Origin: Aquabacterium sp.
Lineage (GTDB): Bacteria > Pseudomonadota > Gammaproteobacteria > Burkholderiales > Burkholderiaceae_C
DNA length: 64,000 bases
Reading direction: 5' to 3'
Assembly: GCF_030652515.1 (NCBI RefSeq)
Contig: NZ_JAUSAR010000034.1
Coordinates: forward strand, 1,887-65,886
The notes under the pieces are model-generated. The model saw only the letters and a list, made by a program, of their open reading frames with translations, made no database searches and was not told where the DNA came from. Below, piece after piece: positions 1-13,037 of this stretch; position 1 is the first letter of the stretch; each line of letters begins with the position of its first letter. A program made the position numbers and the translations under genes.

Positions 1-74
1 TGGAGGCGCGACCCGGAGTCGAACCGGGCTAACCGGATTTGCAATCCGGGGCATAACCGCTTTGCTATCGCGCC
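1..74 (-). tRNA. tRNA-Cys(GCA), copy 1
   Basis: Reverse complement GGCGCGATAGCAAAGCGG...TTGCAAA...GGTTCGACTCC...GCGCCTCCA folds as a cloverleaf with anticodon GCA and an encoded CCA. Confidence 0.97.
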
Positions 75-96
75 GCAAATCTGCGTGATTCTGTAC

Positions 97-134
97 AAAA
101 AAAGGAAGCCTGTGATCTCACGGGGCTTCCTTTT
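97..134 (-). terminator. Intrinsic terminator-like hairpin between tRNA-Gly and tRNA-Cys (copy 1)
   Basis: GGAAGCC...GGCTTCC stem followed by a T7 run on the minus strand. Confidence 0.6.
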
Positions 135-173
135 CGTGATTCGACTGATCAAGGATCTGGCGAATCGAAATGC

Positions 174-249
<76 letters not shown>

Positions 250-388
250 ATTGTTTGGCAACCGCACGGCAGTCATCAACCAAGACCGCAAGTATACACT
301 TTTTTTAGCCTTGTTGGCAAACAGGTTGCACCAAAATCACGCTGTCACCGACCGCAGGCCGAGAGGCTGGGCTTACACTCTCGCCCGT

Positions 389-478
389 GCCCCGGTGGTG
401 AAATTGGTAGACACTGCAGACTTAAAATCTGCCGCCTGCGCAAGCGGCGTACCGGTTCGATTCCGGTCCGGGGCACCA
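389..478 (+). tRNA. tRNA-Leu(TAA)
   Basis: GCCCCGG acceptor stem, GCAGA-CTTAAAA-TCTGC anticodon arm, long variable arm, GGTTCGATT T-loop, CCA end. Confidence 0.95.
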
Positions 479-480
479 AT

Positions 481-939
481 CTATTTCACGTAGCCACATT
501 TGATGGATGGCTCAACCACCACCGCGCAGTACTGAAAAGCCTCTGCCCTGGTCGCGCCATTCCACAACTTGTAAGGCGCAAAACACGCCTCGCTTTCCCT
601 GTACAGGCGCGTCATGCGTTCACACTCGATTTCCTGGCGCTGCGCTTCTGGCAGCGGCTCGTCGGCACCCAGGTCCGTTGGCATCGCTGGCGGCAAATAG
701 ACACTTCGATCCCGCAGCGACTTCTCGGCCAACGCCCTGCTTTTGGCTTCTTCGCGCTGGCGCTCGGTCAACTCGTGCGTTTTGTAATGGTCTCGCCGCA
801 CTTTGCCTTGGTGCCGCTCGGGCGGCCGGTCTGACGCATGCGATTTACCTTGCCCGTCTGTCCAGCGATAGACATCGGCGGCGCAAGCCATCGACATCAC
901 CGCCAAGCTCATCAGGAAGAATGCAAAACGCCCAGCCAT
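481..939 (-). CDS. Secreted DUF4124-domain protein
   Basis: Signal peptide followed by VYRWTDGQGKSHASDRPP (DUF4124-like motif); AAGGAG RBS upstream of ATG 939. Confidence 0.75.
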   Translation of the reverse strand: MAGRFAFFLMSLAVMSMACAADVYRWTDGQGKSHASDRPPERHQGKVRRDHYKTHELTERQREEAKSRALAEKSLRDRSVYLPPAMPTDLGADEPLPEAQRQEIECERMTRLYRESEACFAPYKLWNGATRAEAFQYCAVVVEPSIKCGYVK

Positions 940-1033
940 GTTCCAACTCCTTCGCCACAAGGCTAATGCAATTTGAGTGTCCACGCAGTACCCATGCCCT
1001 GCTCACGGCACACCAATTGCCCAGATTTCATCC

Positions 1034-1942
1034 ATGAACCATTCACCCCTTCGCCGCTCATTGCTGCTGGCCTGCGCTTCAGCCCCATTTTTCGCAGCCT
1101 GCACCACCGCCGCCACCGTGCCCGCTCCCAACGCCAAAAAAACGTTCACCGCCGAAGCGCTGCTGGCCCAACTGGAGGCCGGCTCGGGCGGTCGCCTGGG
1201 CGTGGCCGCTTTCGATGTGGCCAACAATGCCCATGTGCAGCACCGCGCCGATGAGCGCTTCCCGCTGTGCAGCACCTTCAAAGTCATGGCCGTGGGCGCG
1301 GTGCTCAACCGCAGCACCAAAGAGCCCGCCTTGATGCAGCAACGCATCGCCTATGACGCCAGCGACCTGGTCGCCCACTCACCCATCACCGGCAAGCATG
1401 TTGGCCAGGGCATGACGGTGGCTGATCTGTGCGCCGCCGCCCTTCAACACAGCGACAACACCGCCGCCAACCTGCTGATGAAGTTACTGGGCGGGCCTTC
1501 TGCGGTCACCGCATTCGCCCGTTCCATTGGTGATGAAACCTTTCGGCTGGACCGCTGGGAAACCGACTTGAACACCGCCATCCCCGGCGATCCTCGGGAC
1601 ACTTCCACACCCAACAACATGGCGCGCAGCCTGCAAGGCTTGGCATTGAACAACGTGCTGGCCGATCCTCAGCGTGATCAATTGCAGGCTTGGCTGCGCG
1701 GCAACACCACCGGGGCCACACGCATCCGCGCGGGCGTTCCGGCAGATTGGGTGGTGGGCGACAAAACGGGGGCGGGCGACCATGGCACCACCAACGACAT
1801 CGCGGTGCTGTGGCCACCCACGGGGTCGCCCATCGTCCTGGCCATCTACTTCACGCAGCCTGACAAGGCGGCCCCCATGCGCAATGACGTGGTGGCGGCC
1901 GCAGCGCGCATCGTCGCCGAAGCACTGCACCGTCATCGGTGA
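1034..1942 (+). CDS. bla: Class A serine beta-lactamase with Tat/lipoprotein signal
   Basis: STFK, SDN, RWETDLN (E166 omega loop) and KTG motifs; N-terminus LRRSLL...FAAC. Confidence 0.95.
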   Translation: MNHSPLRRSLLLACASAPFFAACTTAATVPAPNAKKTFTAEALLAQLEAGSGGRLGVAAFDVANNAHVQHRADERFPLCSTFKVMAVGAVLNRSTKEPALMQQRIAYDASDLVAHSPITGKHVGQGMTVADLCAAALQHSDNTAANLLMKLLGGPSAVTAFARSIGDETFRLDRWETDLNTAIPGDPRDTSTPNNMARSLQGLALNNVLADPQRDQLQAWLRGNTTGATRIRAGVPADWVVGDKTGAGDHGTTNDIAVLWPPTGSPIVLAIYFTQPDKAAPMRNDVVAAAARIVAEALHRHR

Positions 1943-1968
1943 TGCTGATCTGGTACTGGGGAAGGGAG

Positions 1969-2042
1969 TGGAGGCGCGACCCGGAGTCGAACCGGGCTAA
2001 CCGGATTTGCAATCCGGGGCATAACCGCTTTGCTATCGCGCC
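1969..2042 (-). tRNA. tRNA-Cys(GCA), copy 2
   Basis: Identical to 1-74. Confidence 0.97.
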
Positions 2043-2064
2043 GTTTATGCAATCTTCTCATGCG

Positions 2065-2100
2065 AAAAAGGGAAGCCTTCGTTAAAACGGGGGCTTCCCT
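2065..2100 (-). terminator. Intrinsic terminator-like hairpin between tRNA-Gly and tRNA-Cys (copy 2)
   Basis: GGGAAGCC...GGCTTCCC stem followed by T5 on the minus strand. Confidence 0.55.
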
Positions 2101-2108
2101 CTGCATTC

Positions 2109-2184
<76 letters not shown>

Positions 2185-2317
2185 ATCGACTGTTTTGCGC
2201 TTGACTCTGTGAAGAGTGCAACCGTTTGGTGTGCCGGTTGCTGCAATCAGCGAAGACCTGAACTATACACCGATTTTGGTGCTTTCATCAAGCTTCGCTG
2301 ATTTTTGCCAACAACAA

Positions 2318-4747
<2,430 letters not shown>

Positions 4748-4772
4748 GATGGCCTTTCTTTGTCAGAGTCCC

Positions 4773-4800
4773 AGATGGGGCTCCAAAACCAAAACACAAG
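4773..4800 (-). promoter_or_regulatory. Candidate sigma32 promoter for lon
   Basis: Minus strand CTTGTG-N14-CCCCATCT resembles the CTTGAA...CCCCATnT consensus; lon is a classical heat-shock gene. Confidence 0.6.
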
Positions 4801-4842
4801 GGCGCCGGGTGACCGACACCCATCAGAGCAGGATGTTCAGAA

Positions 4843-6123
4843 TCAAGCGCTGGCCTTGACCTGTTCCCGGTACACCAACAGGGGCTTGGCGTTTTCATCA
4901 ATGGTGGGTTCATCCAGCACCACCTTTTGCACTCCTTCCTGGGTTGGCAATTCGAACATCGTGTCCAGCAAGGATTGCTCCAGGATGGACCTCAAACCAC
5001 GGGCGCCGGTCTTGCGGTTCAGAGCCTTGCGGGCAATGGCCGTCAAGGCGGCAGGACGGATTTCCAACTCGACACCGTCCATGCCCAGCAGTTGTTGATA
5101 CTGCTTGATCAGCGCGTTCTTGGGTTCGGTCAGGATGCGCACCAGGGCGTCTTCCGTCAACTCCCCCAGAGTGGCGACCACGGGCATGCGGCCAATCAGT
5201 TCGGGAATGATGCCGAACTTGATCAGATCTTCAGGTTCCACCTCGCGGAACACCTCAGAAAGCTTGCGGTCTTCCTTGCTCTTGACCGAGGCGCCAAAAC
5301 CGATGCCGGACTTGACCGAACGGTTCTGGATGATCTTTTCCAAGCCATCGAAGGCGCCACCGCAGATGAACAGGATGTTGGTCGTGTCGATCTGCAAGAA
5401 GTCTTGATTAGGGTGCTTGCGGCCACCTTGTGGAGGCACCGAAGCCATCGTGCCTTCGATCAACTTCAGCAGTGCTTGTTGCACGCCCTCACCCGACACA
5501 TCACGCGTGATCGACGGGTTGTCGGACTTGCGCGAAATCTTGTCGATTTCGTCGATGTAGACAATGCCGCGCTGGGCCTTGTCGACCTCGTAATTGCAGT
5601 TCTGCAGCAGCTTCTGGATGATGTTCTCGACGTCTTCGCCCACGTAACCGGCTTCGGTCAGCGTGGTGGCGTCGGCGATCACGAAAGGCACGTTGAGCAG
5701 GCGGGCCAGCGTCTGCGCCAGCAAGGTCTTGCCGGAACCCGTGGGGCCGATCAGCAGGATGTTGCTCTTGGACAGCTCGATGTCTGGCTTTTTGCCATCG
5801 CCCGCGCCCATGTGGCGCAAGCGCTTGTAGTGGTTGTACACCGCCACCGACAGCGTGCGCTTGGCGGTGTCCTGCCCGATCACGTACTGGTCCAACTGGG
5901 CCTTGATCTCGCCAGGGGTGGGTAAATCGCTCTTGGCGGGGCGGGTGGTGTGCTCTGCCTCGGCGGCAACCTCATCACGGATGATGTCGTTGCACAGGTC
6001 GATGCACTCGTCGCAAATGAAGACCGACGGGCCGGCGATGAGCTTCTTGACCTCGTGCTGGCTCTTACCGCAGAAGGAGCAGTACAGGATCTTTTCGCTG
6101 GAAGAGCCTTTTTTTTCGGACAT
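4843..6123 (-). CDS. clpX: Clp protease ATP-binding subunit ClpX
   Basis: CSFCGK zinc finger, [11 protein letters not shown] loop, RKH motif. Confidence 0.98.
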   Translation of the reverse strand: MSEKKGSSSEKILYCSFCGKSQHEVKKLIAGPSVFICDECIDLCNDIIRDEVAAEAEHTTRPAKSDLPTPGEIKAQLDQYVIGQDTAKRTLSVAVYNHYKRLRHMGAGDGKKPDIELSKSNILLIGPTGSGKTLLAQTLARLLNVPFVIADATTLTEAGYVGEDVENIIQKLLQNCNYEVDKAQRGIVYIDEIDKISRKSDNPSITRDVSGEGVQQALLKLIEGTMASVPPQGGRKHPNQDFLQIDTTNILFICGGAFDGLEKIIQNRSVKSGIGFGASVKSKEDRKLSEVFREVEPEDLIKFGIIPELIGRMPVVATLGELTEDALVRILTEPKNALIKQYQQLLGMDGVELEIRPAALTAIARKALNRKTGARGLRSILEQSLLDTMFELPTQEGVQKVVLDEPTIDENAKPLLVYREQVKASA

Positions 6124-6247
6124 GGGGCAGGCCTGTCAGTGAGTCAGCAAATGTTGGTGATGATGATAAGTCAAACGCCTTGGGAGGCGGCCGGTCGAAG
6201 AAGAAGCCTTTGCTGGGGCTTTACCTCGGATCCGGCCTGCCCGCGCA

Positions 6248-6868
6248 TCAGGAAGCTGCGGCCTGGCGCTTTTCCAGCACTTTGTCGATCAAACCGTAGG
6301 TGGCGGACTCCGAAGCGGACATGTAGTAGTCGCGCTCGGTGTCCAACTGGATCTTTTCCAGGGATTGGCCCGTGCGCTCGGCCAGGATGCGGTTGAGCTG
6401 CTCACGGGTTTTCAGGATCTCGCGAGCGTGGATCTCGATGTCCGTGGCCTGGCCTTGCGTGCCGCCCAAGGGCTGGTGGATCATGATCTTGGAGTTGGGC
6501 AAGGCAAAACGCTTGTCCTTGGCGCCCGCGGCCAGCAGGAAGGCGCCCATGCTGGCGGCCATGCCCATGCACAAGGTGGACACGTCAGGCTTGATGAACT
6601 GCATGGTGTCGAAGATCGACATGCCCGCGCTCACGCTGCCGCCTGGCGAATTGATGTAAAGCGAAATGTCCTTGTCAGGGTTTTCGCTCTCCAGGAACAG
6701 CAGCTGTGCCACGACCAGGTTGGCCGATTGGTCGTTGACCGGTCCCACCAGGAAAACCACCCGCTCGCGCAGCAAACGGCTGTAGATGTCGTAGGCGCGT
6801 TCGCCGCGGCCTGATGTCTCGATGACCATGGGCACCAAGCCCAGGTTTTGTGTGTCCAGTGCGCTCAT
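6248..6868 (-). CDS. clpP: Clp protease proteolytic subunit
   Basis: LVPMVIE...[24 protein letters not shown]. Confidence 0.98.
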   Translation of the reverse strand: MSALDTQNLGLVPMVIETSGRGERAYDIYSRLLRERVVFLVGPVNDQSANLVVAQLLFLESENPDKDISLYINSPGGSVSAGMSIFDTMQFIKPDVSTLCMGMAASMGAFLLAAGAKDKRFALPNSKIMIHQPLGGTQGQATDIEIHAREILKTREQLNRILAERTGQSLEKIQLDTERDYYMSASESATYGLIDKVLEKRQAAAS

Positions 6869-6982
6869 GTGCTTCCTTAGGGAATATTCAATGCGTGATT
6901 TGATTATGGCGCCTCGGAAGGCCCGCCAGAACGCCGGAAAAAGCGGGAGAGTGTCCTTGTCGTCTTTCCGTTGCTAGGACGC

Positions 6983-7010
6983 ACATGGGGGCGTTCCGAC
7001 AAAATAAAAG
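6983..7010 (-). promoter_or_regulatory. Candidate sigma32 promoter for clpP
   Basis: Minus strand CTTTTA-N14-CCCCATGT; weak -35 match. Confidence 0.4.
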
Positions 7011-7045
7011 GCACCTGCCTCCACTGGGGATTGGCAGGTGCCTTT
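7001..7045 (-). terminator. Intrinsic terminator after tig
   Basis: AAAGGCACCTGCC...GGCAGGTGCCTTT inverted repeat with a T-rich tail on the minus strand. Confidence 0.75.
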
Positions 7046-7079
7046 GCCGGGGCCGAAACCCCGGTCGGACAGGGGCAAA

Positions 7080-8399
7080 TCAGCCTTGCTGGCCCATCAG
7101 TTCTTCAAAGCCCAGGCCTTTGTCGGTGACTTTGGCCTTGGTCAGGATGAAATCGACCACATTGGCCTCGATCACCACGGCTTCGACTTCGGCCATGCGT
7201 TGGCGGTCGCTCATGTACCAAGCCACCACTTGCTGGGGCTGCTCGTAGCTTTGCGACAGCTCGGCAATGTGCTCTTGCAACTGCTCGGGCTTGGCTTGCA
7301 GGTTGTTGGTGCGCACCAACTCGCCCACGATCAGGCCCAGGCGCACGCGGCGCTCGGCTTGAGGCTGGAACATTTCGGCGGGGATCGGGGCCTTGTCGGC
7401 ATCCTTGACACCACGGGCCTTCAGGTCGGCGCGGGCGCCTTCCACCAGGCGGTCGGTTTCGGCGGCGACCAAAGACTTGGGCACGTCGAACTCGGCGATC
7501 TTGAGCAGCGCGTCCATGGTGGCAGCCTTGTTGCGGCTGGCCACGCGGAACTTCACTTCACGCTCGAGGTTCTTCTTGATGTCAGCGCGCAGCGCTTCGA
7601 TCGAAGACTCGGGCAGGCCCAGGCTGGCGACGAACTCTTCGTTCACTTCGGGCAGGTTTTGCGCTTCCAGCTTCTTCAGGGTCACCAGGAAGTCGGCTTC
7701 CTTGCCGGCCACGTCTTTGCCGTGGTAGTCGTCAGGGAACTTCAGGGGGAAAGTCTTGGACTCGCCCGTCTTCATGCCGCGCACAGCCTTCTCGAAAGCT
7801 TCGAGCATCTGGCCTTCGCCCAGCAGGAACTGGTAGCCCTCGGCCTTGCCGCCGTCAAACGGCACGCCGTCGATCTTGCCTTCGAAGTCGATGGTGACGC
7901 GGTCACCATCGGCAGCGACATCAGTGGCCGCGCGTTGTTCGAACGTGCGGCGTTGCTTGCGCAGGATCTCGACGGTGCGGTCGATGGCGGCTTCGTTGAC
8001 TTCGGCGGTCACGCGCTCGACTTCGGCGGTGGCCAGATCGCCGATGACGACTTGGGGATAGACCTCGAAGGTGGCGTCGAACAGCAGTTTGCCTTCTTCA
8101 GCGGACGAGCCTTCTTTTTCCGCGATGCGGGGCTGGCCAGCGACGCGCAGTTGCGCTTCGGCCGTGGCCTTGGAGAAGGCTTGGCCAACTTGGTCGTTGA
8201 CAACTTCGTACTGGACGGAATAGCCGTAGCGCTGGGCGACCACGGTCATGGGCACTTTGCCAGGACGGAAGCCGTCTACCTTGACGGTGCGGGCCAGCTT
8301 CTTCAAGCGGGCGTCGACTTCGTTCCTGAGCACGTCGGCTGGCAGCGACAGCGTGATGCGTCGTTCCAGCTTGTCGAGGGTCTCCACGGTGACAGCCAT
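7080..8399 (-). CDS. tig: Trigger factor
   Basis: GFRPGKVP ribosome-binding motif, FKBP domain (IDFEG...F); canonical tig-clpP-clpX-lon order. Confidence 0.97.
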   Translation of the reverse strand: MAVTVETLDKLERRITLSLPADVLRNEVDARLKKLARTVKVDGFRPGKVPMTVVAQRYGYSVQYEVVNDQVGQAFSKATAEAQLRVAGQPRIAEKEGSSAEEGKLLFDATFEVYPQVVIGDLATAEVERVTAEVNEAAIDRTVEILRKQRRTFEQRAATDVAADGDRVTIDFEGKIDGVPFDGGKAEGYQFLLGEGQMLEAFEKAVRGMKTGESKTFPLKFPDDYHGKDVAGKEADFLVTLKKLEAQNLPEVNEEFVASLGLPESSIEALRADIKKNLEREVKFRVASRNKAATMDALLKIAEFDVPKSLVAAETDRLVEGARADLKARGVKDADKAPIPAEMFQPQAERRVRLGLIVGELVRTNNLQAKPEQLQEHIAELSQSYEQPQQVVAWYMSDRQRMAEVEAVVIEANVVDFILTKAKVTDKGLGFEELMGQQG

Positions 8400-8437
8400 G
8401 TTATGTACTCTCAAAATTAGGTGATTGATAAAAGGCC

Positions 8438-8524
8438 TGGTGCGCGGGGGGGGACTCGAACCCCCACACCATTGCTGGCGTCAGGACCTAAACCTGGTGC
8501 GTCTACCAATTTCGCCACCCGCGC
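8438..8524 (-). tRNA. tRNA-Leu(TAG)
   Basis: GCGCGGG acceptor stem, TTTAGGT anticodon loop, long variable arm, CCA end; usual position upstream of tig. Confidence 0.95.
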
Positions 8525-8628
8525 ATCGACTTTGACAACCGGACTGCACTGATGCAGCCAAGTAGGCTATTTGGTCGGAACCGCCGATTCTACCGTGCCC
8601 TGAGCACAGTTTTCACCAGCGGCGACCC

Positions 8629-11600
8629 TCATGCGGGCCTGCGTACCCGGAACCAGGCCGCGTACATGGCCGGCAGGGCCAGCAGGGTCAAGGCGGTGGC
8701 CACGATCAGGCCACCCATGATGGCGACGGCCATGGGCCCCCAGAACACGCTGCGGGTCAGGGGAATCATGGCCAGCACGGCGGCGGCGGCGGTCAGCACG
8801 ATCGGACGGAAACGGCGCACCGCCGCACCGACGATGGCGTCCCAGTCGGCCACGCCTTGGGCACGGTCCTGCTCGATCTGGTCGATCAGGATGACGGAGT
8901 TGCGCATGATCATGCCCATCAGGGCCACCACACCCAGCAAGGCGACAAAGCCGAACGGCCGGTTCAGCAGCAGCAATGCAGCCGCCACACCCGCGATGCC
9001 CATGGGGCCGGTCAGGAACACCAGCAAGGCGCGCGAGAAGCTTTGCAGTTGCAGCATCAACAGGGTGAAGATGATGAACAGCATGGCAGGCATGTTGGCG
9101 AAGATCGAGCCCTGGCCCTTGCTGCTTTCTTCGGCCGTGCCGGCCAGCTCGACGTGGAAGCCAGGGGGCATCTTTTGCTGCAGGGCCATCATCTGCGGCC
9201 ACAAGGCCGTGCTGACGGTGGGCCCTTGCGTGCCTTCGGTGACATCACCCTGCACGGTGATGGCGAAGTGGCGGCCTTCACGCCACAGCACGCCAGGCTC
9301 CCACACCAGCTGCGGCTTGCCCACCTGCAGCACCGGGACCATGCGGCCGTTGGCAGTGGGGATGTAGGAGTTGTCCAGCGCGCTCAAGGTGGCACGCTCC
9401 GACAAAGGCGTGCGCATGACGATGTCGATGAGGCGGTCCTGGTCGCGGTACTGGCCCACGGTGGTGCCCGAGGTGGTCACGCGGATGGCTTGTGCGATCG
9501 ACTGGCTGGTCACACCCAGGGCCCGCGCCTTGGACTGGTCCACGACCAGGCGGATGGCCTTGACCTGTTCGTTCCAGTTGTCGTTGACACCCGTCATGTT
9601 GGGGTGGGCACGCATCAAGGTCTTGGCTTCTTCAGCCCAGTGGCGCAGTTGGGTGGGATCCTCTCCCACGATGCGGAACTGCACCGGGTAAGGCACCGGC
9701 GGACCGTTGGGCAACAGGCGCAGGCGGCCTCGCACTTCCGGGAACTCGGTGGCCAGCAATTCGGGCAAGCGGGCGCGGAGCGTTTCGCGCATCTGCGGGT
9801 CAGTCGGCATGACCACCGCCTGGCTGACGTTGCTCTGCGGGAAGATCTGGTCCATGGGCAGGTAGAAGCGCGGCACGCCAGAGCCGATCCAGGTGCTGAC
9901 GGACTTGACGCCCTCTTCCTTCATGATCCGCGCCTCGAAACGCTTGGCCACGGCCTCGGTGGCGTCAAAGCTGGTGCCTTCGGGCATCCAAAGGTCCACG
10001 ATCAGCTCGGGGCGGCTGGAGTCGGGGAAAAACTGCTGTTGCACCTTGCCCATGCCGAGCACGCCCAGCACCAGGGCCAGGATGGTCAGGCCGATGGTGA
10101 TCCAGCGGTGTTCCACGCACCAGTTCACCAGGGCCTTGAAACGCCGGTAGAACGGGGTGTCATGCAGATCGGCCTTGGGCGCACCGTCCACCGTCTGAAC
10201 CTTGGGCCGCGTCTTGAGCAGGTGCTGACCCAGGTAAGGCACAAAATAGACCGAGACCACCCAGGACACGATCAAGGCGGCGGCCGTGACGGCGAAGATG
10301 GCGAAGGTGTATTCGCCCACCGCCGATTGCGCCAGGCCGATGGGCAGGAAGCCCGCCGCGGTGATCAGCGTGCCGGTCAGCATGGGCATGGCGGTGATGT
10401 CGTAGGCGGCGGTGGCGGCGGCGACCTTGTCATAGCCCTCCTCCAGCTTGTGCACCATCATTTCGACCGCGATGATGGCGTCGTCCACCAGCAGGCCCAG
10501 GGCAATGATCAACGCCCCCAACGAGATTTTGTGCAGGCCCACATTCCAGAAGTACATGATCAGGAAGGTGACGGCCAGCACCAGCGGGATGGTGATGGCC
10601 ACCACCAGGCCAGGCCAGATGTCCAGTCGCAATGGCTTGGTGTGCAGGCCCAGGCTGATGAAGCTGACGGCCAGCACCACGGCCACGGCCTCAATCAGCA
10701 CGCGAACGAACTCACCCACCGAGCTGGACACCGATTTGGGCTGGTCCTGGATCTGGTCCAGCTCGATGCCCACAGGCAGGTCGGCGTGCAGCTTGTCGGC
10801 GGCGGCGGTCAGGTTCTTGCCCAACTGGATGATGTCACCGCCCTTGGCCATGGAGATGCCCACCGCGATGATGTCCTTGCCGTTGTGGCGAACCTTGGTG
10901 GTCGCAGGTGACTCGTACGCGCGGCGGATGGTGGCGACATCGCCAAGCCGGGCGGTTCGGGCTTGGCCCGTGGCCGGATTGACGGCCCGGATGGGCATCT
11001 GACGCAGCTGGTCGATCGAGGTGAATGCCCCGGTGATGCGCATCTGGATGCTGTCGTTCGCACCCGAGTACACCCCCGCGCCCTCGATGCCATTCTGGGC
11101 ATTGAGTTGCTGGATGAATTCGCCCATGTTCAGCCCCATCTGGGCCAGCTTTTGCTGAGGCACCTCCATGAAGATCTTTTCGGGCTGCACGCCGAACAGC
11201 TCGACCTTGGCCACGCTGGGCACGCGCAAGAATTGCGAGCGCACCTTTTCAGCGAACTGGCGCAACTCTTCGGGTGTGAAGCCATCGGCCGACAAGGCGT
11301 AGATGGAGCCGTACACGTCACCGAATTCGTCGTTGAAGAACGGCCCGACCACGCCAGGCGGCAAGGTCTGCTTGATGTCGCCAACCTTCTTGCGCACCTG
11401 GTACCAGAGGTTGGGGATCTCCTTGGGCGGTGAAGAATCCTTGACCTGCATGAAGGTCAGCGATTCGCCCGGTTTGCTGTACGAGCGGATCACGTCCGCA
11501 TAAGGCACTTCCTGCAGCGTGCGCTCGATCTTGTCAGTGACCTGCTCGGCCATCTCTTGCGCAGTGGCACCTGGCCAGTAAGCCCGAACCACCATGATCC

Positions 11601-11772
11601 GGAAGGCAAAGGGCGGGTCTTCATCCTGCCCCAACTGGAAGTAGGCGGCCAGGCCCAGCAGCATGAGCACCACCATCAGGTAGCGCGTAAGGGCCGGGTG
11701 CTCCAGCGCCCAGCGGGACAGGTTGAAATGACGGGCCGAAGGATCGGGCAGTTTCTTGACGATGTCGGTCAC
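8629..11772 (-). CDS. RND efflux transporter permease (AcrB/D/F family)
   Basis: 1047 aa, GLLVDDAIIAVE and RFRPIVLT motifs, two-fold TM/periplasmic repeat. Confidence 0.95.
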   Translation of the reverse strand: MTDIVKKLPDPSARHFNLSRWALEHPALTRYLMVVLMLLGLAAYFQLGQDEDPPFAFRIMVVRAYWPGATAQEMAEQVTDKIERTLQEVPYADVIRSYSKPGESLTFMQVKDSSPPKEIPNLWYQVRKKVGDIKQTLPPGVVGPFFNDEFGDVYGSIYALSADGFTPEELRQFAEKVRSQFLRVPSVAKVELFGVQPEKIFMEVPQQKLAQMGLNMGEFIQQLNAQNGIEGAGVYSGANDSIQMRITGAFTSIDQLRQMPIRAVNPATGQARTARLGDVATIRRAYESPATTKVRHNGKDIIAVGISMAKGGDIIQLGKNLTAAADKLHADLPVGIELDQIQDQPKSVSSSVGEFVRVLIEAVAVVLAVSFISLGLHTKPLRLDIWPGLVVAITIPLVLAVTFLIMYFWNVGLHKISLGALIIALGLLVDDAIIAVEMMVHKLEEGYDKVAAATAAYDITAMPMLTGTLITAAGFLPIGLAQSAVGEYTFAIFAVTAAALIVSWVVSVYFVPYLGQHLLKTRPKVQTVDGAPKADLHDTPFYRRFKALVNWCVEHRWITIGLTILALVLGVLGMGKVQQQFFPDSSRPELIVDLWMPEGTSFDATEAVAKRFEARIMKEEGVKSVSTWIGSGVPRFYLPMDQIFPQSNVSQAVVMPTDPQMRETLRARLPELLATEFPEVRGRLRLLPNGPPVPYPVQFRIVGEDPTQLRHWAEEAKTLMRAHPNMTGVNDNWNEQVKAIRLVVDQSKARALGVTSQSIAQAIRVTTSGTTVGQYRDQDRLIDIVMRTPLSERATLSALDNSYIPTANGRMVPVLQVGKPQLVWEPGVLWREGRHFAITVQGDVTEGTQGPTVSTALWPQMMALQQKMPPGFHVELAGTAEESSKGQGSIFANMPAMLFIIFTLLMLQLQSFSRALLVFLTGPMGIAGVAAALLLLNRPFGFVALLGVVALMGMIMRNSVILIDQIEQDRAQGVADWDAIVGAAVRRFRPIVLTAAAAVLAMIPLTRSVFWGPMAVAIMGGLIVATALTLLALPAMYAAWFRVRRPA

Positions 11773-11788
11773 AGCGATCTCCTGGCGA

Positions 11789-12946
11789 TCACTGTGAAAC
11801 GGCGGGCTGGCTGACCGATGCGGCCGCCGGTGGCGCTGCGGCCAGGTCCAGTGCCGTTTGATAGCGCTTGACCTTCTGACCGGGTTTGAGCACGTGCACC
11901 CCGGCGGTCACGATCTCTTGCCCGGCCTTGAGCCCACTGGCCACGATCACGATGTTGCCGGTGACGTCGGCGGTGACCACGGGCTGAGCCTTGACGGTCA
12001 TGCTGCTGCCATCAAGCACCCACACGGCCGAGCGGCCATTCTGTTCGACCAAAGCTTGCAAGGGCACTCTTAATCCACCGGCGAAGCGCACAGGGGTGCT
12101 CAAGGCCACGGTGGCGGTTTGCCCCAACTCGTAGGCGCCCTGCCCCACGTCAGCCTTGACCAGGAAAGTGCGGGTCACGCTGTCGGTGGCGGCTGAGACT
12201 TCACGGATTTTGGCGGGCAGCCATTCCTGTGTGCCCCAACGGCGCACCTTGATGGCACCAGGCTTGTTCAGCAAGGCGCGCATGGTGGGCGCCATGTCTT
12301 CAGGCACCGAGAACAGCGCGTCGCGCGGGCCGTCCTGGGCCAAGGTCAGCACGGGCGTGCCCGCGCTCACCACCTGACCAGGCTCGGCGTCCACTGCCGT
12401 GATGACGCCAGAGGCATTCGCCGTCAAGGTGGCGTAAGTGGCCTGGTTGCCCTGCACACCGGCCTGCGCGCGCGCCTGGCGCAAGCTGGCCTCGGCCGAC
12501 TTCAGGGCGGTGCTGTGACGGTCCAGCTCCGCCGCGCTGATGAAGCCCTGGCCCTTGAGCTCGTTGAAGCGCTTGAAGTCAGCCGCTGCCTGGGCGGCAT
12601 TGGCCTCGGCAGCCGCCAATCCAGCACGGGCCGATTCCTGCGTCAAAGTCAGATCCTGGGGATCCAGCTGTGCCAGCACTTGCCCCGGCTTGACGGCCTG
12701 CCCCAACTCAACCTGGCGACGCAACACCTTGCCAGGCACCCGAAAGCTCAAGCGGGACTCGATGCGCGCACGGATCTCCGCGGAGAACTCCCGATCGACC
12801 GCGCCACCCGTTTCACTCAACACCAGGGTGCGCACAGCCCGGACCGGCTCAGGAGCCGGGGGCGTTTTGCCGCAACCCACGGTGGCCAGCAACAAAGGGG
12901 TTGCCAGGACAAACGCAAAAAGCCGGGTCCGAGGGGGCATGCTCAT
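11789..12946 (-). CDS. RND periplasmic adaptor (MFP), lipoprotein
   Basis: Lipobox-like TVGC, LSFRVPGKV, lipoyl/hairpin architecture; directly upstream of the RND gene. Confidence 0.93.
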   Translation of the reverse strand: MSMPPRTRLFAFVLATPLLLATVGCGKTPPAPEPVRAVRTLVLSETGGAVDREFSAEIRARIESRLSFRVPGKVLRRQVELGQAVKPGQVLAQLDPQDLTLTQESARAGLAAAEANAAQAAADFKRFNELKGQGFISAAELDRHSTALKSAEASLRQARAQAGVQGNQATYATLTANASGVITAVDAEPGQVVSAGTPVLTLAQDGPRDALFSVPEDMAPTMRALLNKPGAIKVRRWGTQEWLPAKIREVSAATDSVTRTFLVKADVGQGAYELGQTATVALSTPVRFAGGLRVPLQALVEQNGRSAVWVLDGSSMTVKAQPVVTADVTGNIVIVASGLKAGQEIVTAGVHVLKPGQKVKRYQTALDLAAAPPAAASVSQPAVSQ

Positions 12947-13037
12947 GAGGTCGCTCAATTGATGGAGGGCCATGGCAGCGGCACATGGTTCATCCCTGTC
13001 ATGGTGTGAATCCGCTGACTTTCAGGTCGTCATCGTA

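Noticed and set aside
6108-6116. T9 run near the clpX start and T8 run near 26596 in mltB as phase-variation or frameshift sites
   Set aside because: Both genes are in frame and full length; the runs simply encode EKK and FFL.
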